64,000 nt of DNA from a virus (Duplodnaviria; Caudoviricetes). The notes under the pieces were generated by a model. That model did no database searches. It worked only from the letters and a program-made list of their open reading frames with translations, and was not told where the DNA came from. How positions within the stretch are numbered: the stretch's first letter is position 1; every line of letters starts with the position of its first letter. A program made the position numbers and the translations under genes. Of the stretch, positions 8,851-17,899 are shown piece after piece. Location: positions 64,001 through 128,000 of the IMG/VR virus record IMGVR_UViG_2595698517_000001. One strand, 5' to 3'.

Positions 8851-9243
8851 CTATTTCTCCTCCTCGATCACTTCTTCTTCCTCAATGTTGTTTTCGTTAA
8901 TGCGACTATATAACACAATCATATTCATTACTACTAGAACTCCGTAGATAATACCGTTAACCCAGTCGTGTGTCCATAACATGTAAGCTGCATATACTGC
9001 CATCCCAAGGCTGTATACAAATAAGAAAGTAGCGAATTTTTTATATACTTTAAATTGTACTTGCATCGTAAGACTACAAATTATGTATATGGTGCTAAAT
9101 GCAAATGATAATGTACTTACCCATTCCTGGAATAGTAGTCCCGATATAACACATAGAGTGTCTACCCCAATTAGGATCGGGATAATCCACTTTGCCATAA
9201 TCTTGTTATTCTCGAAGTCAATGTTATTCAATATCTTGTTCAT
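8851..9243 (-). CDS. 4-TM membrane protein
   Basis: Four hydrophobic segments. Confidence 0.75.
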   Translation of the reverse strand: MNKILNNIDFENNKIMAKWIIPILIGVDTLCVISGLLFQEWVSTLSFAFSTIYIICSLTMQVQFKVYKKFATFLFVYSLGMAVYAAYMLWTHDWVNGIIYGVLVVMNMIVLYSRINENNIEEEEVIEEEK

Positions 9244-9855
9244 TTACTTGCCCTCCTTGTAATATGTACCTAATGGGTTATTCTTACTGTTATTGTCGCC
9301 TGTTAGATCAAAGAAACCATCGTTTTGATTGTGGTTGATTAGAGCCTTAACCAGGGAGTCTAACGGGATGCTAGTCTTCTCTTCCCACTCAATAGAAGAT
9401 AGACCAATAAATACGCCTGTATTCTTCCCTCGGATAATCTTTCTTTCTCCACCTTCAGTAGTTAAACGGTCAGGCTCTCTTTCAAAGAATCCGTCTTCTA
9501 CTTGCTTTGTAAAGGTTGAAATCTGACCTGAGACGATTGGAGCTACAAATAGTGGCGGCTCTTCTTCCCACCCTATAACCCTTTTAGCAGGGAATAGCGC
9601 ATTTGCTATTTGTGCTAATCTAGTTGTACCGTTAAAGCGTCCTACGAACCCTTCCTTCTGCATGGCACGTTTCTTAGGGTACTTATCTGTTCCTGGATGA
9701 ACAGCGTATACTGCTGCGTATAGAGCTGTATGCGGCTCTTTAACAAGTTCCACAATATAGTGTGGTTTATTGTCTACAAGCAGTACACCTTTACGATGGT
9801 AGGCTAGGTCACTACCTGAAATGTTAATCAGTTCTTCTCTGCTCATTTGGTGCAT
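9244..9855 (-). CDS. hypothetical protein
   Basis: 203-aa ORF. Confidence 0.8.
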   Translation of the reverse strand: MHQMSREELINISGSDLAYHRKGVLLVDNKPHYIVELVKEPHTALYAAVYAVHPGTDKYPKKRAMQKEGFVGRFNGTTRLAQIANALFPAKRVIGWEEEPPLFVAPIVSGQISTFTKQVEDGFFEREPDRLTTEGGERKIIRGKNTGVFIGLSSIEWEEKTSIPLDSLVKALINHNQNDGFFDLTGDNNSKNNPLGTYYKEGK

Positions 9856-9997
9856 CTGTTACCTTCCTTTCTTCTTGCTGCTTCTCAATCTCTCTACATA
9901 TGATACAGCAATGTAGATCACAGAAATCTACTTTTGTGAACATTCGTAACTCTTCCCCACATTGCTTGCAGCGTTTACGTCTAAATGGATTCCACAT
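9824..9997 (-). CDS. small Cys-rich protein, 57 aa (not in ORF track)
   Basis: MWNPFRRKRCKQCGEELRMFTKVDFCDLHCCIICRE...; AGGAGG RBS. Confidence 0.65.
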   Translation of the reverse strand: MWNPFRRKRCKQCGEELRMFTKVDFCDLHCCIICREIEKQQEERKVTDAPNEQRRTD

Positions 9998-10008
9998 ACT
10001 GTTTCCTC

Positions 10009-10254
10009 CTAACGATACTCAATTGAAGGCTTTGACGTATCTACATCCAACATGATAGCTTTAACTTTGTGCTCCCACTCTGCTATTTTAAAAGTAGGTA
10101 AGTAGCCCTGGTGAACACATTCACCGTCTACGAATAAAGCTCGTCCAAAACGCATAACCTTATTATACTCGATATGGTATTCTAGGTGGGCGGGATGAAC
10201 CACGTTAATAACGTAGCTCCCATTCGAATACACCCCTATTGTAACGTGATTCAT
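10009..10254 (-). CDS. hypothetical protein
   Basis: 81-aa ORF. Confidence 0.7.
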   Translation of the reverse strand: MNHVTIGVYSNGSYVINVVHPAHLEYHIEYNKVMRFGRALFVDGECVHQGYLPTFKIAEWEHKVKAIMLDVDTSKPSIEYR

Positions 10255-10261
10255 ATTACCC

Positions 10262-10591
10262 CTACTCTCTAATAATGATGTTTATGTACTCGTAAATGTT
10301 AACCACGTTTACTCCCTGTGGTGCAGGTATATAGTACGATCTCTCAAAGCTTCTGTAATCGTTTTGTACTTCTGCATATATCTCTGTATCAGTTACAAAG
10401 ATACGGAGCGTATGATCCCCATTTCGTGGGTCATCTGTATCTAATCGTAAGCAAGGAGCGTGTAAGTTTTTAACTTCACTCACACATGTCTCCTCACCAT
10501 AGAATCGAGGTGATAACTTGTCCACATAGAAACCATTACGAAGTAGATACCATTCAAGCTGCATATCATCCAGGACTCTATCTTGGCTCAT
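10262..10591 (-). CDS. hypothetical protein
   Basis: 109-aa ORF. Confidence 0.7.
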   Translation of the reverse strand: MSQDRVLDDMQLEWYLLRNGFYVDKLSPRFYGEETCVSEVKNLHAPCLRLDTDDPRNGDHTLRIFVTDTEIYAEVQNDYRSFERSYYIPAPQGVNVVNIYEYINIIIRE

Positions 10592-10760
10592 TGTCTTTCC
10601 TCTCTTTCTGTTTTTTCATAACTGCATGTACTGAATCTTCAATAGACTTCATATACTTTAGTATATATTGGTCTCCTAGCCCTTTAGCAGTGTTTTCCAT
10701 TGCCCGCCAGTATACAGATTCTAATGCCCGCTTGCTGAGTTCCTTAGGCTCCATGTACAT
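10578..10760 (-). CDS. hypothetical protein
   Basis: 60-aa ORF. Confidence 0.6.
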   Translation of the reverse strand: MYMEPKELSKRALESVYWRAMENTAKGLGDQYILKYMKSIEDSVHAVMKKQKERKDNEPR

Positions 10761-10769
10761 CCTTCTTTC

Positions 10770-11282
10770 TTAAGATATGATTTTGAACTTGTCAGGTTCA
10801 TAGGCATAACGTGTATCCAGGTCGTCTCCTTCAAAGCCGATCATATAGATGTCTTGCTTATGAGGAGTCATATGAGCAGGTAAGAAGCCTTCAACATAAC
10901 CTTCTTTGAAGAAGTGGTCTGTATCTTCATATCTACCCTTTTCCAGGATAACAACCTTAGTACCGTCTTTAATCTTTTGGAATCTACCTTTAGTCCAGTA
11001 GTCCTTCACCTTTTTAATACTTTCCTTAATAAAATAAAACAACATAAGTATAGGAGAAAATAAGACTATAAGAGGGTACATGATGTAGTTAAATGCCTTA
11101 TCTCCCATCTGTTCTTTCATTTTAACCATATCTTTTACATCTTCCCAGTCATCGTCTTCAATTTCTTTGTAGCGCCCCTCGTTGTACAGGTGTAACTGCT
11201 CGTCCACTGCGTTCATTACCTTCTTCGAAAAGTATACCCCCGCTGCAAGATACAGCAGGGTGCATATCATAAATACTGACAT
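10770..11282 (-). CDS. membrane protein with C-terminal SH3/KOW-like domain
   Basis: Two TM segments then KIKDGTKVVIL..G.V pattern. Confidence 0.65.
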   Translation of the reverse strand: MSVFMICTLLYLAAGVYFSKKVMNAVDEQLHLYNEGRYKEIEDDDWEDVKDMVKMKEQMGDKAFNYIMYPLIVLFSPILMLFYFIKESIKKVKDYWTKGRFQKIKDGTKVVILEKGRYEDTDHFFKEGYVEGFLPAHMTPHKQDIYMIGFEGDDLDTRYAYEPDKFKIIS

Positions 11283-11575
11283 TAATGCACCATCCTTACT
11301 TCAAATTCAGTAGTTACTGTTATATCTACTTCACAAACATGACCATCAAGATATTTACAAGCGTCCTGGATATTATTGATTCTAACATTTCCATAAACAC
11401 CTAAGTACTTCGGTACATCCTTATCGTTACGGAAGTTATAGGCTTGCATTGGATCGTCTGTGAAATCAAAGTTTTTCTCCTCCCAGTCTTCCCACACATC
11501 CCTAAGGTAACCGTTAGGAGTAAAGATAACTGTTTTTGAGCTCTTTGTCATACGCTTCATTTTTTCACCTCCCAT
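11282..11575 (-). CDS. hypothetical protein
   Basis: 97-aa ORF; start may be MKRMTK. Confidence 0.65.
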   Translation of the reverse strand: MGGEKMKRMTKSSKTVIFTPNGYLRDVWEDWEEKNFDFTDDPMQAYNFRNDKDVPKYLGVYGNVRINNIQDACKYLDGHVCEVDITVTTEFEVRMVH

Positions 11576-11793
11576 TCCTTAACTTCATAATCGCCTTCTT
11601 CGATTTCGTGACCTTGCCCGTCATCATCTACTACAGTGATTGTACCGTTTTCCTTGTAGATTTCATAAACCATTTCATCATCCCACAACGTATCGTAGAG
11701 CTTATTCTTTCTCAACCCTACTTCATACAACGGTTTAAATGTTTTACTCCTAATAAACTTAACTCTTGCAGGTCTCATTCCAGGTCTTCTCAT
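11557..11793 (-). CDS. hypothetical protein
   Basis: 78-aa ORF, RBS GAGGGGGAG. Confidence 0.7.
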   Translation of the reverse strand: MRRPGMRPARVKFIRSKTFKPLYEVGLRKNKLYDTLWDDEMVYEIYKENGTITVVDDDGQGHEIEEGDYEVKEWEVKK

Positions 11794-11813
11794 ACTAGCT
11801 CCCCCTCTTTAGC

Positions 11814-12137
11814 TTAGTTAATTACATCAGAACCACTTTCTAAGAGCTCCACCTCATCGATAAAGATAATATCTACAGACCTTTCGGTTTTATTCTGCTG
11901 AAGCCATAGACACATACTGTTTATACCGATCACGGTACCTGTATATTTCCTTGGTTTATCTCCACCGATATAGGTTACTCTAACTTTATCTCCTTTCTGA
12001 AGACCTAAGTTATTGAAGCGTTCCTTACACTTTTCATAGCAGAATTTTCTAAACTCCTGGAATGACATCTTATCACGATACTCATTGAAAGAAACGTTAC
12101 AATACCAACTACCAGTACCAATCTCATATTTATTCAC
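11814..12137 (-). CDS. hypothetical protein (KOW/Sm-like C-terminus)
   Basis: LQKGDKVRV..YTGTVIG. Confidence 0.65.
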   Translation of the reverse strand: MNKYEIGTGSWYCNVSFNEYRDKMSFQEFRKFCYEKCKERFNNLGLQKGDKVRVTYIGGDKPRKYTGTVIGINSMCLWLQQNKTERSVDIIFIDEVELLESGSDVIN

Positions 12138-12158
12138 TTTAAATCCCCCTCTTGTTTA

Positions 12159-12602
12159 TTAAGCTAAGACTAGCTGTTTGGCTTTACACACTAGGATTTC
12201 ATTCTTGTATTCATCTTCTATGGATAAGATGTCGAACTCAGTTAGATACTGCTTATAATCAACATAGTTATATGGTATCATAATATCCCTGTTGTTGACT
12301 ACCCATCTGTACCAAATTAAATCTAAAATCAGGTTCTGTTTATGAAACTCTTTCCGTGGCTCTGAGATGATTAGCTCCCCGTCAGGCTTTAGTAATCGTT
12401 TAAATTCTGCGAATAGTATCGGTAAGTCCTTTTCAGGAATGTGATGGATAACGTTTCTGCAATGGATCACATCACAAGAATGATCTGCTGCGTCAATAAC
12501 TTTGTAGTCTTTTATGTAGAAGTCATAGTTGGGTGTACCAATAAAATCAGATGAGAGGAAGCCCGCTTTCGGTTGGCTCCCTGAACCGTAGTCAAGTTTC
12601 AA
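12159..12602 (-). CDS. class I SAM-dependent methyltransferase (type 11-like)
   Basis: LDYGSG motif I, NVIHHI, RLLKPDGELIISEP. Confidence 0.85.
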   Translation of the reverse strand: MKLDYGSGSQPKAGFLSSDFIGTPNYDFYIKDYKVIDAADHSCDVIHCRNVIHHIPEKDLPILFAEFKRLLKPDGELIISEPRKEFHKQNLILDLIWYRWVVNNRDIMIPYNYVDYKQYLTEFDILSIEDEYKNEILVCKAKQLVLA

Positions 12603-12616
12603 TTAAAACATCCCCT

Positions 12617-12814
12617 TTAAATAATAGTATCGTAACCTAATACGTATTCTAATGCTTTCACACGTTCATTCCAGGCTTGGAAATCTTTTTCGTACCCATC
12701 GAACATTCCTGCTCTATGGTCTGCCAGGCTTGCTGTTTCCATTCTTTTTTTCCAAAAGTCCCGTTTCATTTTACTCTCTGCTAACTTTGCTTCTATTTCT
12801 TCTTGTGTTCTCAT
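12617..12814 (-). CDS. hypothetical protein
   Basis: 65-aa ORF. Confidence 0.7.
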   Translation of the reverse strand: MRTQEEIEAKLAESKMKRDFWKKRMETASLADHRAGMFDGYEKDFQAWNERVKALEYVLGYDTII

Positions 12815-13039
12815 TTACTCCTCCCACCGTGCTTCTTTTGCACATATACTTTTTAAATCGATGTCCACTCGGTTACCTTCTGCATCCGTAACCCACTCAC
12901 CATTGTATAGATGTTTACTCATAGTTTTCTTCAGTGCTTCTAGTGATGTAAACCTTTGGGAGTGAGGAACACCCCTAAGTGGCTTAGGAGTATTCCAACC
13001 TGTAGGAATCCAGTTTAAATATACGTGTTGCTCTTTCAT
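12815..13039 (-). CDS. hypothetical protein
   Basis: 74-aa ORF. Confidence 0.7.
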   Translation of the reverse strand: MKEQHVYLNWIPTGWNTPKPLRGVPHSQRFTSLEALKKTMSKHLYNGEWVTDAEGNRVDIDLKSICAKEARWEE

Positions 13040-13040
13040 T

Positions 13041-13775
13041 CTATTTACCTTCCTTGTTTAGATAAACGTATTGGTTGATATAGTCAGGTTGCTGAGAAAA
13101 GATTGGTGTGTCATAATCTACTGCCCAACGACTTCTCTGTGCTCCGTTCTTCTCATAATATTCTTTAACGATACAAGCTCCTCGTTTCTGCCATACAGGT
13201 AGATCATTCCAGTTAATGTCTTTCTCTAACATAAGCTTATCTTGCATTGCCTTTCCATCTAGACCTTGCAGAGCTTTGTGTGGGAAGATAGACTGTGCTA
13301 CCATCGCTACGCTGTTCTTAGAAGCGTCCTGCTGTCTCCATAAGAAGTAGTTATTAACCTCATCTTGTGGAAGCACCCAAGCTCTAGCATCGAATAATGC
13401 TAACTCTTTATCAGGGTATACACCTCTCATGATTTCATTGAACTTTGCTGTAGCCATTGAAGCTGCAACCGATACGATCTTCTGTAAGTTGTTATCGAAC
13501 CAAGATTGTGTTGACAGCTTATCGTAGTTTGTGATTAGTAGGCTGATTTCATCTGACTGTGTATAAGCTAACTTGCACCCCATAACGTTCTTAGCTAGGT
13601 ACTGACATGTTCCCCACATTGCTGCTGCTAACACTGCATCGAACGGTCTTTCCATTCCTTTAGTATAAGTGTGGAATGCCTTACCATCGATTCTGATAAC
13701 CACAGGCATTCTTTTCGGTAATTTCGTTCTATAAGAGTTTTCATAACCTTTCATACGATCTCCAAATGTTCCCAT
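13041..13775 (-). CDS. thg1: tRNA(His) guanylyltransferase Thg1-like 3'-5' polymerase
   Basis: RMKGYE, RIDGKAFH, QSDEISL, FDAR, WRQQD motifs. Confidence 0.93.
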   Translation of the reverse strand: MGTFGDRMKGYENSYRTKLPKRMPVVIRIDGKAFHTYTKGMERPFDAVLAAAMWGTCQYLAKNVMGCKLAYTQSDEISLLITNYDKLSTQSWFDNNLQKIVSVAASMATAKFNEIMRGVYPDKELALFDARAWVLPQDEVNNYFLWRQQDASKNSVAMVAQSIFPHKALQGLDGKAMQDKLMLEKDINWNDLPVWQKRGACIVKEYYEKNGAQRSRWAVDYDTPIFSQQPDYINQYVYLNKEGK

Positions 13776-13815
13776 TGTATATTCCTCCTGTAACTTGTTT
13801 GTATTTTATAGTCTT

Positions 13816-13844
13816 AATTTACCAGGTTATTTGCTAACTGTCAA
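13816..13844 (-). promoter_or_regulatory. sigma-A promoter heading the accessory gene array
   Basis: TTGACA-17-TAAATT. Confidence 0.7.
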
Positions 13845-13871
13845 CAACTATTTATAAAAAAAAAGAAAGCT

Positions 13872-14282
13872 CTATTTAAGAGCCTTCTCGTTTTCATCTT
13901 TAATTTCATTTAGCATTTTACGTCTGTCTAGTCGAACGAATATTGACCACAGCAACCAGGCAGATAAATATGATCCTGCATTACGTGATAAGAAACCTAG
14001 CATAAACATTACGAATACAGTCCAGTGATTAATAGGCACTGCAAAGAGCTGTAACAAGCCTATAACTCCCGCTATCATACAGACCTCGGCTAAGGCTGCA
14101 ACAATGATTACCGCAGCGCTACGACCCACTAGAGGGGTCTGTCCTATATCCTTTAATCGACTTGTCTCCTGGAACAGGTTTATCACGTTCATAACAAAGC
14201 TGCAAAATACAACAGCGTAAAGCGAAACAGTTAGTATATCAAAAGTATTCATAGTTTCCTCCTTATAGTAACTTTCCATCAT
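13872..14282 (-). CDS. membrane protein
   Basis: 3-4 hydrophobic segments; start may be MNTFDIL. Confidence 0.75.
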   Translation of the reverse strand: MMESYYKEETMNTFDILTVSLYAVVFCSFVMNVINLFQETSRLKDIGQTPLVGRSAAVIIVAALAEVCMIAGVIGLLQLFAVPINHWTVFVMFMLGFLSRNAGSYLSAWLLWSIFVRLDRRKMLNEIKDENEKALK

Positions 14283-15579
14283 GACCTAACCACAACGGGA
14301 TCAGTTCAGGAATTTTAGTTCCTTCCGTTAAAATAACTATCTGTTGTGATGGTGTCGTGGTCGGATAGTTACCTTGTCGGGAATATGAATTTTCTCCAAT
14401 CGTAGAACCTACTTGAATATGTAGTCGTGTAAAGCTTTCTTGGATAGTTTTAAATGAGTGTAGGTGCCCTGTAAACAGAATGTCCACTTGTCTACCGTGC
14501 GTCATAAACGCAGGAATCTTTTCATTGGACTTCGCTAAGTGGTCACCGTGAGCACCCGCTATACCTTGCCCTGCAATATCTAAATCAAATCGATATACGT
14601 CTTTTCGATTATCTGTAATCGTAACATTAGGAAGCTGACCTAATTTCTCTTGTAACATGATTAGGTTCTCTAATACCGTGTACGCTACAGAGTTATTGAA
14701 GATCGCTGTCTTCTTATCAGACTCGAATCGATCATGGTTCCCTGCTACCATACTGAATGTAACTGGTACAAACTTTGATAGTGTAATCAGCACATCGATT
14801 AGTAGCTGTTGCCCTTTTGCTATTTGTTCTGCAAAGGTGAACTCTAAATCAAATGACTGCGTAGAACGCATTGCGAAGTTTTCTACTAAGTCTCCTAAGA
14901 ATAGGACATGTACTTCTTTAATGTCTCTCTCCTGCACTGTACGTAATGTATATGACACGATTTCCTGGATAGATGTTTTCAATCTTTCGAAGTTATGGTC
15001 ACCCGTATGCATATCGTGGCTTATAAATCCTACATGCCAGTCTGATAAAGCTAGTATTAAAGTTTTATCCCCTACCTGGGGTTTCGTTGGTTCTGTTGTT
15101 AAATATTTCGCACGAGGTAAACCTTTTAGCTCCTCGACCAGGTGTTTCTTCAAGCCTTTCATTAACAGAGCCATGATCGTTCCGTCTTTTTGTAGCTTTC
15201 GTAACTCACGTAATCGAGTTGCATTGTCTTCCTTGTCCATTATGTAATTTGTAACATATGAAAATACATCTTCTTCTTTTATAGACTTGTCCTCATTAAA
15301 AGCATGAGGGATGTCATCAAGATTAACGTGTCCGTTCCAGGCTTTTAAATACAGGTTCTTAACTTCTAAGTCGTTCTCTACGGTGTTAGCAAAAGACATT
15401 AGTTCATCGTTCTTAACTTTAGCGTAGCCTAACTTAACGATTATCTTGTTAAATACAGCAGGGGCTATCTTCCCACGTTCCCGCATAAGATAACCCATGA
15501 CTATTGCATAAGCCCCTGATTCCTGTTTCAGTAATTCTTTTTCTTGTGCTGTTAATCTCTCGTTCGCCAAATTACTCAC
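14263..15579 (-). CDS. calcineurin-like metallophosphoesterase
   Basis: SDWH, GDLVE, GNHD, HGD, GHLH motifs intact. Confidence 0.9.
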   Translation of the reverse strand: MSNLANERLTAQEKELLKQESGAYAIVMGYLMRERGKIAPAVFNKIIVKLGYAKVKNDELMSFANTVENDLEVKNLYLKAWNGHVNLDDIPHAFNEDKSIKEEDVFSYVTNYIMDKEDNATRLRELRKLQKDGTIMALLMKGLKKHLVEELKGLPRAKYLTTEPTKPQVGDKTLILALSDWHVGFISHDMHTGDHNFERLKTSIQEIVSYTLRTVQERDIKEVHVLFLGDLVENFAMRSTQSFDLEFTFAEQIAKGQQLLIDVLITLSKFVPVTFSMVAGNHDRFESDKKTAIFNNSVAYTVLENLIMLQEKLGQLPNVTITDNRKDVYRFDLDIAGQGIAGAHGDHLAKSNEKIPAFMTHGRQVDILFTGHLHSFKTIQESFTRLHIQVGSTIGENSYSRQGNYPTTTPSQQIVILTEGTKIPELIPLWLGHDGKLL

Positions 15580-15591
15580 TCCACGTAAATA

Positions 15592-15897
15592 TTAGGCTTT
15601 GAAAAACGTGTAAGCGAACTCAGTACCTTCCTGTGTATGTGGGTTGCGGACTTGATAACGTAAGATATATTCGTTACCTTTGTCTGCTCCGTCTGTAAGT
15701 CTGTAATGTGTTTCCACTACGTCTACGAACGACCCTCCCGTTTCTTTATCTGAAACGATTTCGTAACTTACACTAAACAAGTTTAAAGTTTCGATTAAGT
15801 CTGAAAATTTCTGACTTGTAGTGCTCCCACTAATTTCTGCGTATCTGTCAAACGCTCCTTGTTGATAAGGATACTTGACCATGTACATCCCCTCCAT
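15592..15897 (-). CDS. hypothetical protein
   Basis: 101-aa ORF, TGcTATAAT upstream. Confidence 0.7.
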   Translation of the reverse strand: MEGMYMVKYPYQQGAFDRYAEISGSTTSQKFSDLIETLNLFSVSYEIVSDKETGGSFVDVVETHYRLTDGADKGNEYILRYQVRNPHTQEGTEFAYTFFKA

Positions 15898-15945
15898 GAC
15901 ATTATAGCATATAAACCTATTATGATATTTGATAGAACCAACAAA

Positions 15946-16896
15946 TTACACTAACTTAGTAGCGATAGCGTTCCTCATTAGTTCTGCATAACCAACTCCT
16001 GAAAAGACAGTAGCAACACTTTCTTTTCCTCCACCTTCATTAATTAGCTGTGCAACTCTCCCTGCATGTACTCCTGCTGTACGTATAGAGAATATGTCAT
16101 TTCCTTTTGTACTGCGTCCTACACATACGATCGTAGGAACACCTGCGGGTCGCTGATTCAATAATTCGTTAGCGAGTTCGTTTATGTATTCCTCAGCAAA
16201 TACTACCTTAAGTAAGCATTGCTGTCCATCTACTGTTACAGCTTGTTCTTTCACTGTTGCAGCTTTTCTTTCGATATAGTCCTCCATACGCTCCATTTGC
16301 CCCTTAATAATCGGTGCGTGTGCTTTCAGTACCTCTTGTAATGAAAGACCCTTCATGAGCCTTGGAAGGCGCTTATAACTAGCATGGTACAATGCAATCA
16401 ATATACGAGTAGTATCGTTGCCTTCCCATGTCCAGGTGCGGTATGAATTGATAGCATTTACTAACCATTCTGACGTATCAGTGAACGTTATGTACTTCGA
16501 CAGGACGGTTGTATCAGGAGATGTATGTAATAAATTGAACAGAACCTTAATCGGATCAAGTTCCTCGTCTACTATCGATATGATATGGTTTCCTGGAATC
16601 GGTTTACCGTAGGTGCTAATGTGGACGAAATCCATAAATGGTGCGTCTACCTCTGTGTAGAACTCCTGGGGTAAGTTGTATCCTCGATAAGATAGTCCCA
16701 ATACTAAAATCATCTGTGCGTCTTTAAACCGTGTGTACTCCCTAAAGTCGAGGGTATTTGTGTAAACGACATCTAGTACTATATCGTCCCGTAAAACCTC
16801 TTGTATAACCGCTACACTGGTTACACCTTCAAATGTCGGGGGCACGAAGAGCCGCAAGTGTAACGGTTCGTCCGAATCTGCCTGGTCTTGATACAT
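15946..16896 (-). CDS. DHH/DHHA1-fold protein with degenerate active site
   Basis: Fold-like layout (FEGVTS, YRTWTW, FSIRT, GGGKESVA) without DxD/DHH residues. Confidence 0.6.
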   Translation of the reverse strand: MYQDQADSDEPLHLRLFVPPTFEGVTSVAVIQEVLRDDIVLDVVYTNTLDFREYTRFKDAQMILVLGLSYRGYNLPQEFYTEVDAPFMDFVHISTYGKPIPGNHIISIVDEELDPIKVLFNLLHTSPDTTVLSKYITFTDTSEWLVNAINSYRTWTWEGNDTTRILIALYHASYKRLPRLMKGLSLQEVLKAHAPIIKGQMERMEDYIERKAATVKEQAVTVDGQQCLLKVVFAEEYINELANELLNQRPAGVPTIVCVGRSTKGNDIFSIRTAGVHAGRVAQLINEGGGKESVATVFSGVGYAELMRNAIATKLV

Positions 16897-16946
16897 CTAA
16901 TTCCTCCTTCACACATAGTTATACAGCTTATACAAACTGTACTCAC

Positions 16947-16976
16947 ATTTTATCATCGTGGTAGTGGAATCGTCAA
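16947..16976 (-). promoter_or_regulatory. sigma-A promoter
   Basis: TTGACG-18-TAAAAT with TGn. Confidence 0.65.
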
Positions 16977-17041
16977 CAGAAAACTTGCATATATTACTAA
17001 TTTAGGACAAAAAAAAAGAGAGCGTTAGCCCTCTTCTTTCA

Positions 17042-17521
17042 TTAAGCTTTAGGAATAAGCTCGTCTCCACCTAATGCGAAGTCGTTTACGCCTAAAGAGT
17101 ATTCTGTTTTAACGAACTCAAGGAACGCTAATACAGCCATACGGTGTTCTTTACCTGCTACGATGTCCTTCTCCGTTTTAATCGTGTTACCACGGTAAAC
17201 GTCACGGTACTCTTTGTCATTACGACCTAAAGTGTACGTTACTTTTGTTGGTTCGATAATTACGATCGGATTTTTCAGATCATCCACGAATGATTTGAAG
17301 TCGTCCGCAGGAACTACAGGAACGATGTTCATTTTTTTGTAAGAACCGTCTGCTTCAGGAGCACCTACACCTACAACTTTGAATAGGTAGCGACCCTTTG
17401 CAAAAGAAGTTGTACCTTTAATAGTAGGAACGTAACCTGCTGCGTCTGTGATAGATGCTAAGTAATCGCCTGCTTTCAGCGTTACTGTAGCTTGTTTTAA
17501 TACTTCTGATAATTTAGCCAT
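17042..17521 (-). CDS. hypothetical (possibly virion) protein
   Basis: 159-aa ORF in late unit with holin; terminator at ~17009-17039. Confidence 0.75.
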   Translation of the reverse strand: MAKLSEVLKQATVTLKAGDYLASITDAAGYVPTIKGTTSFAKGRYLFKVVGVGAPEADGSYKKMNIVPVVPADDFKSFVDDLKNPIVIIEPTKVTYTLGRNDKEYRDVYRGNTIKTEKDIVAGKEHRMAVLAFLEFVKTEYSLGVNDFALGGDELIPKA

Positions 17522-17523
17522 TG

Positions 17524-17862
17524 TTATTCTCCCTTCTTGTTGTCAATCGACACTTGTTTAGCTACATGAGCTTGAACACGAGCTTGTTTTGAGATGTTGT
17601 TGTTCTTCCAAGTAGCATAGAAACCTGAGCCAAGCAAGAATAATGCTGAGATGATGTCGTACATGTTTTGTTGGTCTACTTCTAAACCTAGATTGTATCC
17701 AAACATTGCTGCCACTGCGTTAATAAGCGCAACTGCGAATACAAGCAAACGAACGATCACCATTGGTTCTACTTTCGGCACCTCTACAGGAACGAAAACA
17801 GAATGTTCAACATGTTTCTGCTCCTCTTGCTGTACTTGTTTATTCTCTTCCACAGCTATCAC
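17524..17862 (-). CDS. SPP1-family holin
   Basis: IVRLLVFAVALIN...ATWKNNNISKQA. Confidence 0.85.
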   Translation of the reverse strand: MIAVEENKQVQQEEQKHVEHSVFVPVEVPKVEPMVIVRLLVFAVALINAVAAMFGYNLGLEVDQQNMYDIISALFLLGSGFYATWKNNNISKQARVQAHVAKQVSIDNKKGE

Positions 17863-17883
17863 CCTTTCATAAAGTTCTCCTAC

Positions 17884-17893
17884 TAATATAACA
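17884..17893 (-). promoter_or_regulatory. phage late promoter
   Basis: TGTTATATTA, as recalled for Kayvirus late promoters, directly upstream of the holin. Confidence 0.65.
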
Positions 17894-17899
17894 GTAGAG

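Noticed and set aside
963-13775. C-terminal KEGK/EEEK as a protein targeting signal
   Set aside because: Explained by the next gene's Shine-Dalgarno overlapping the stop codon.
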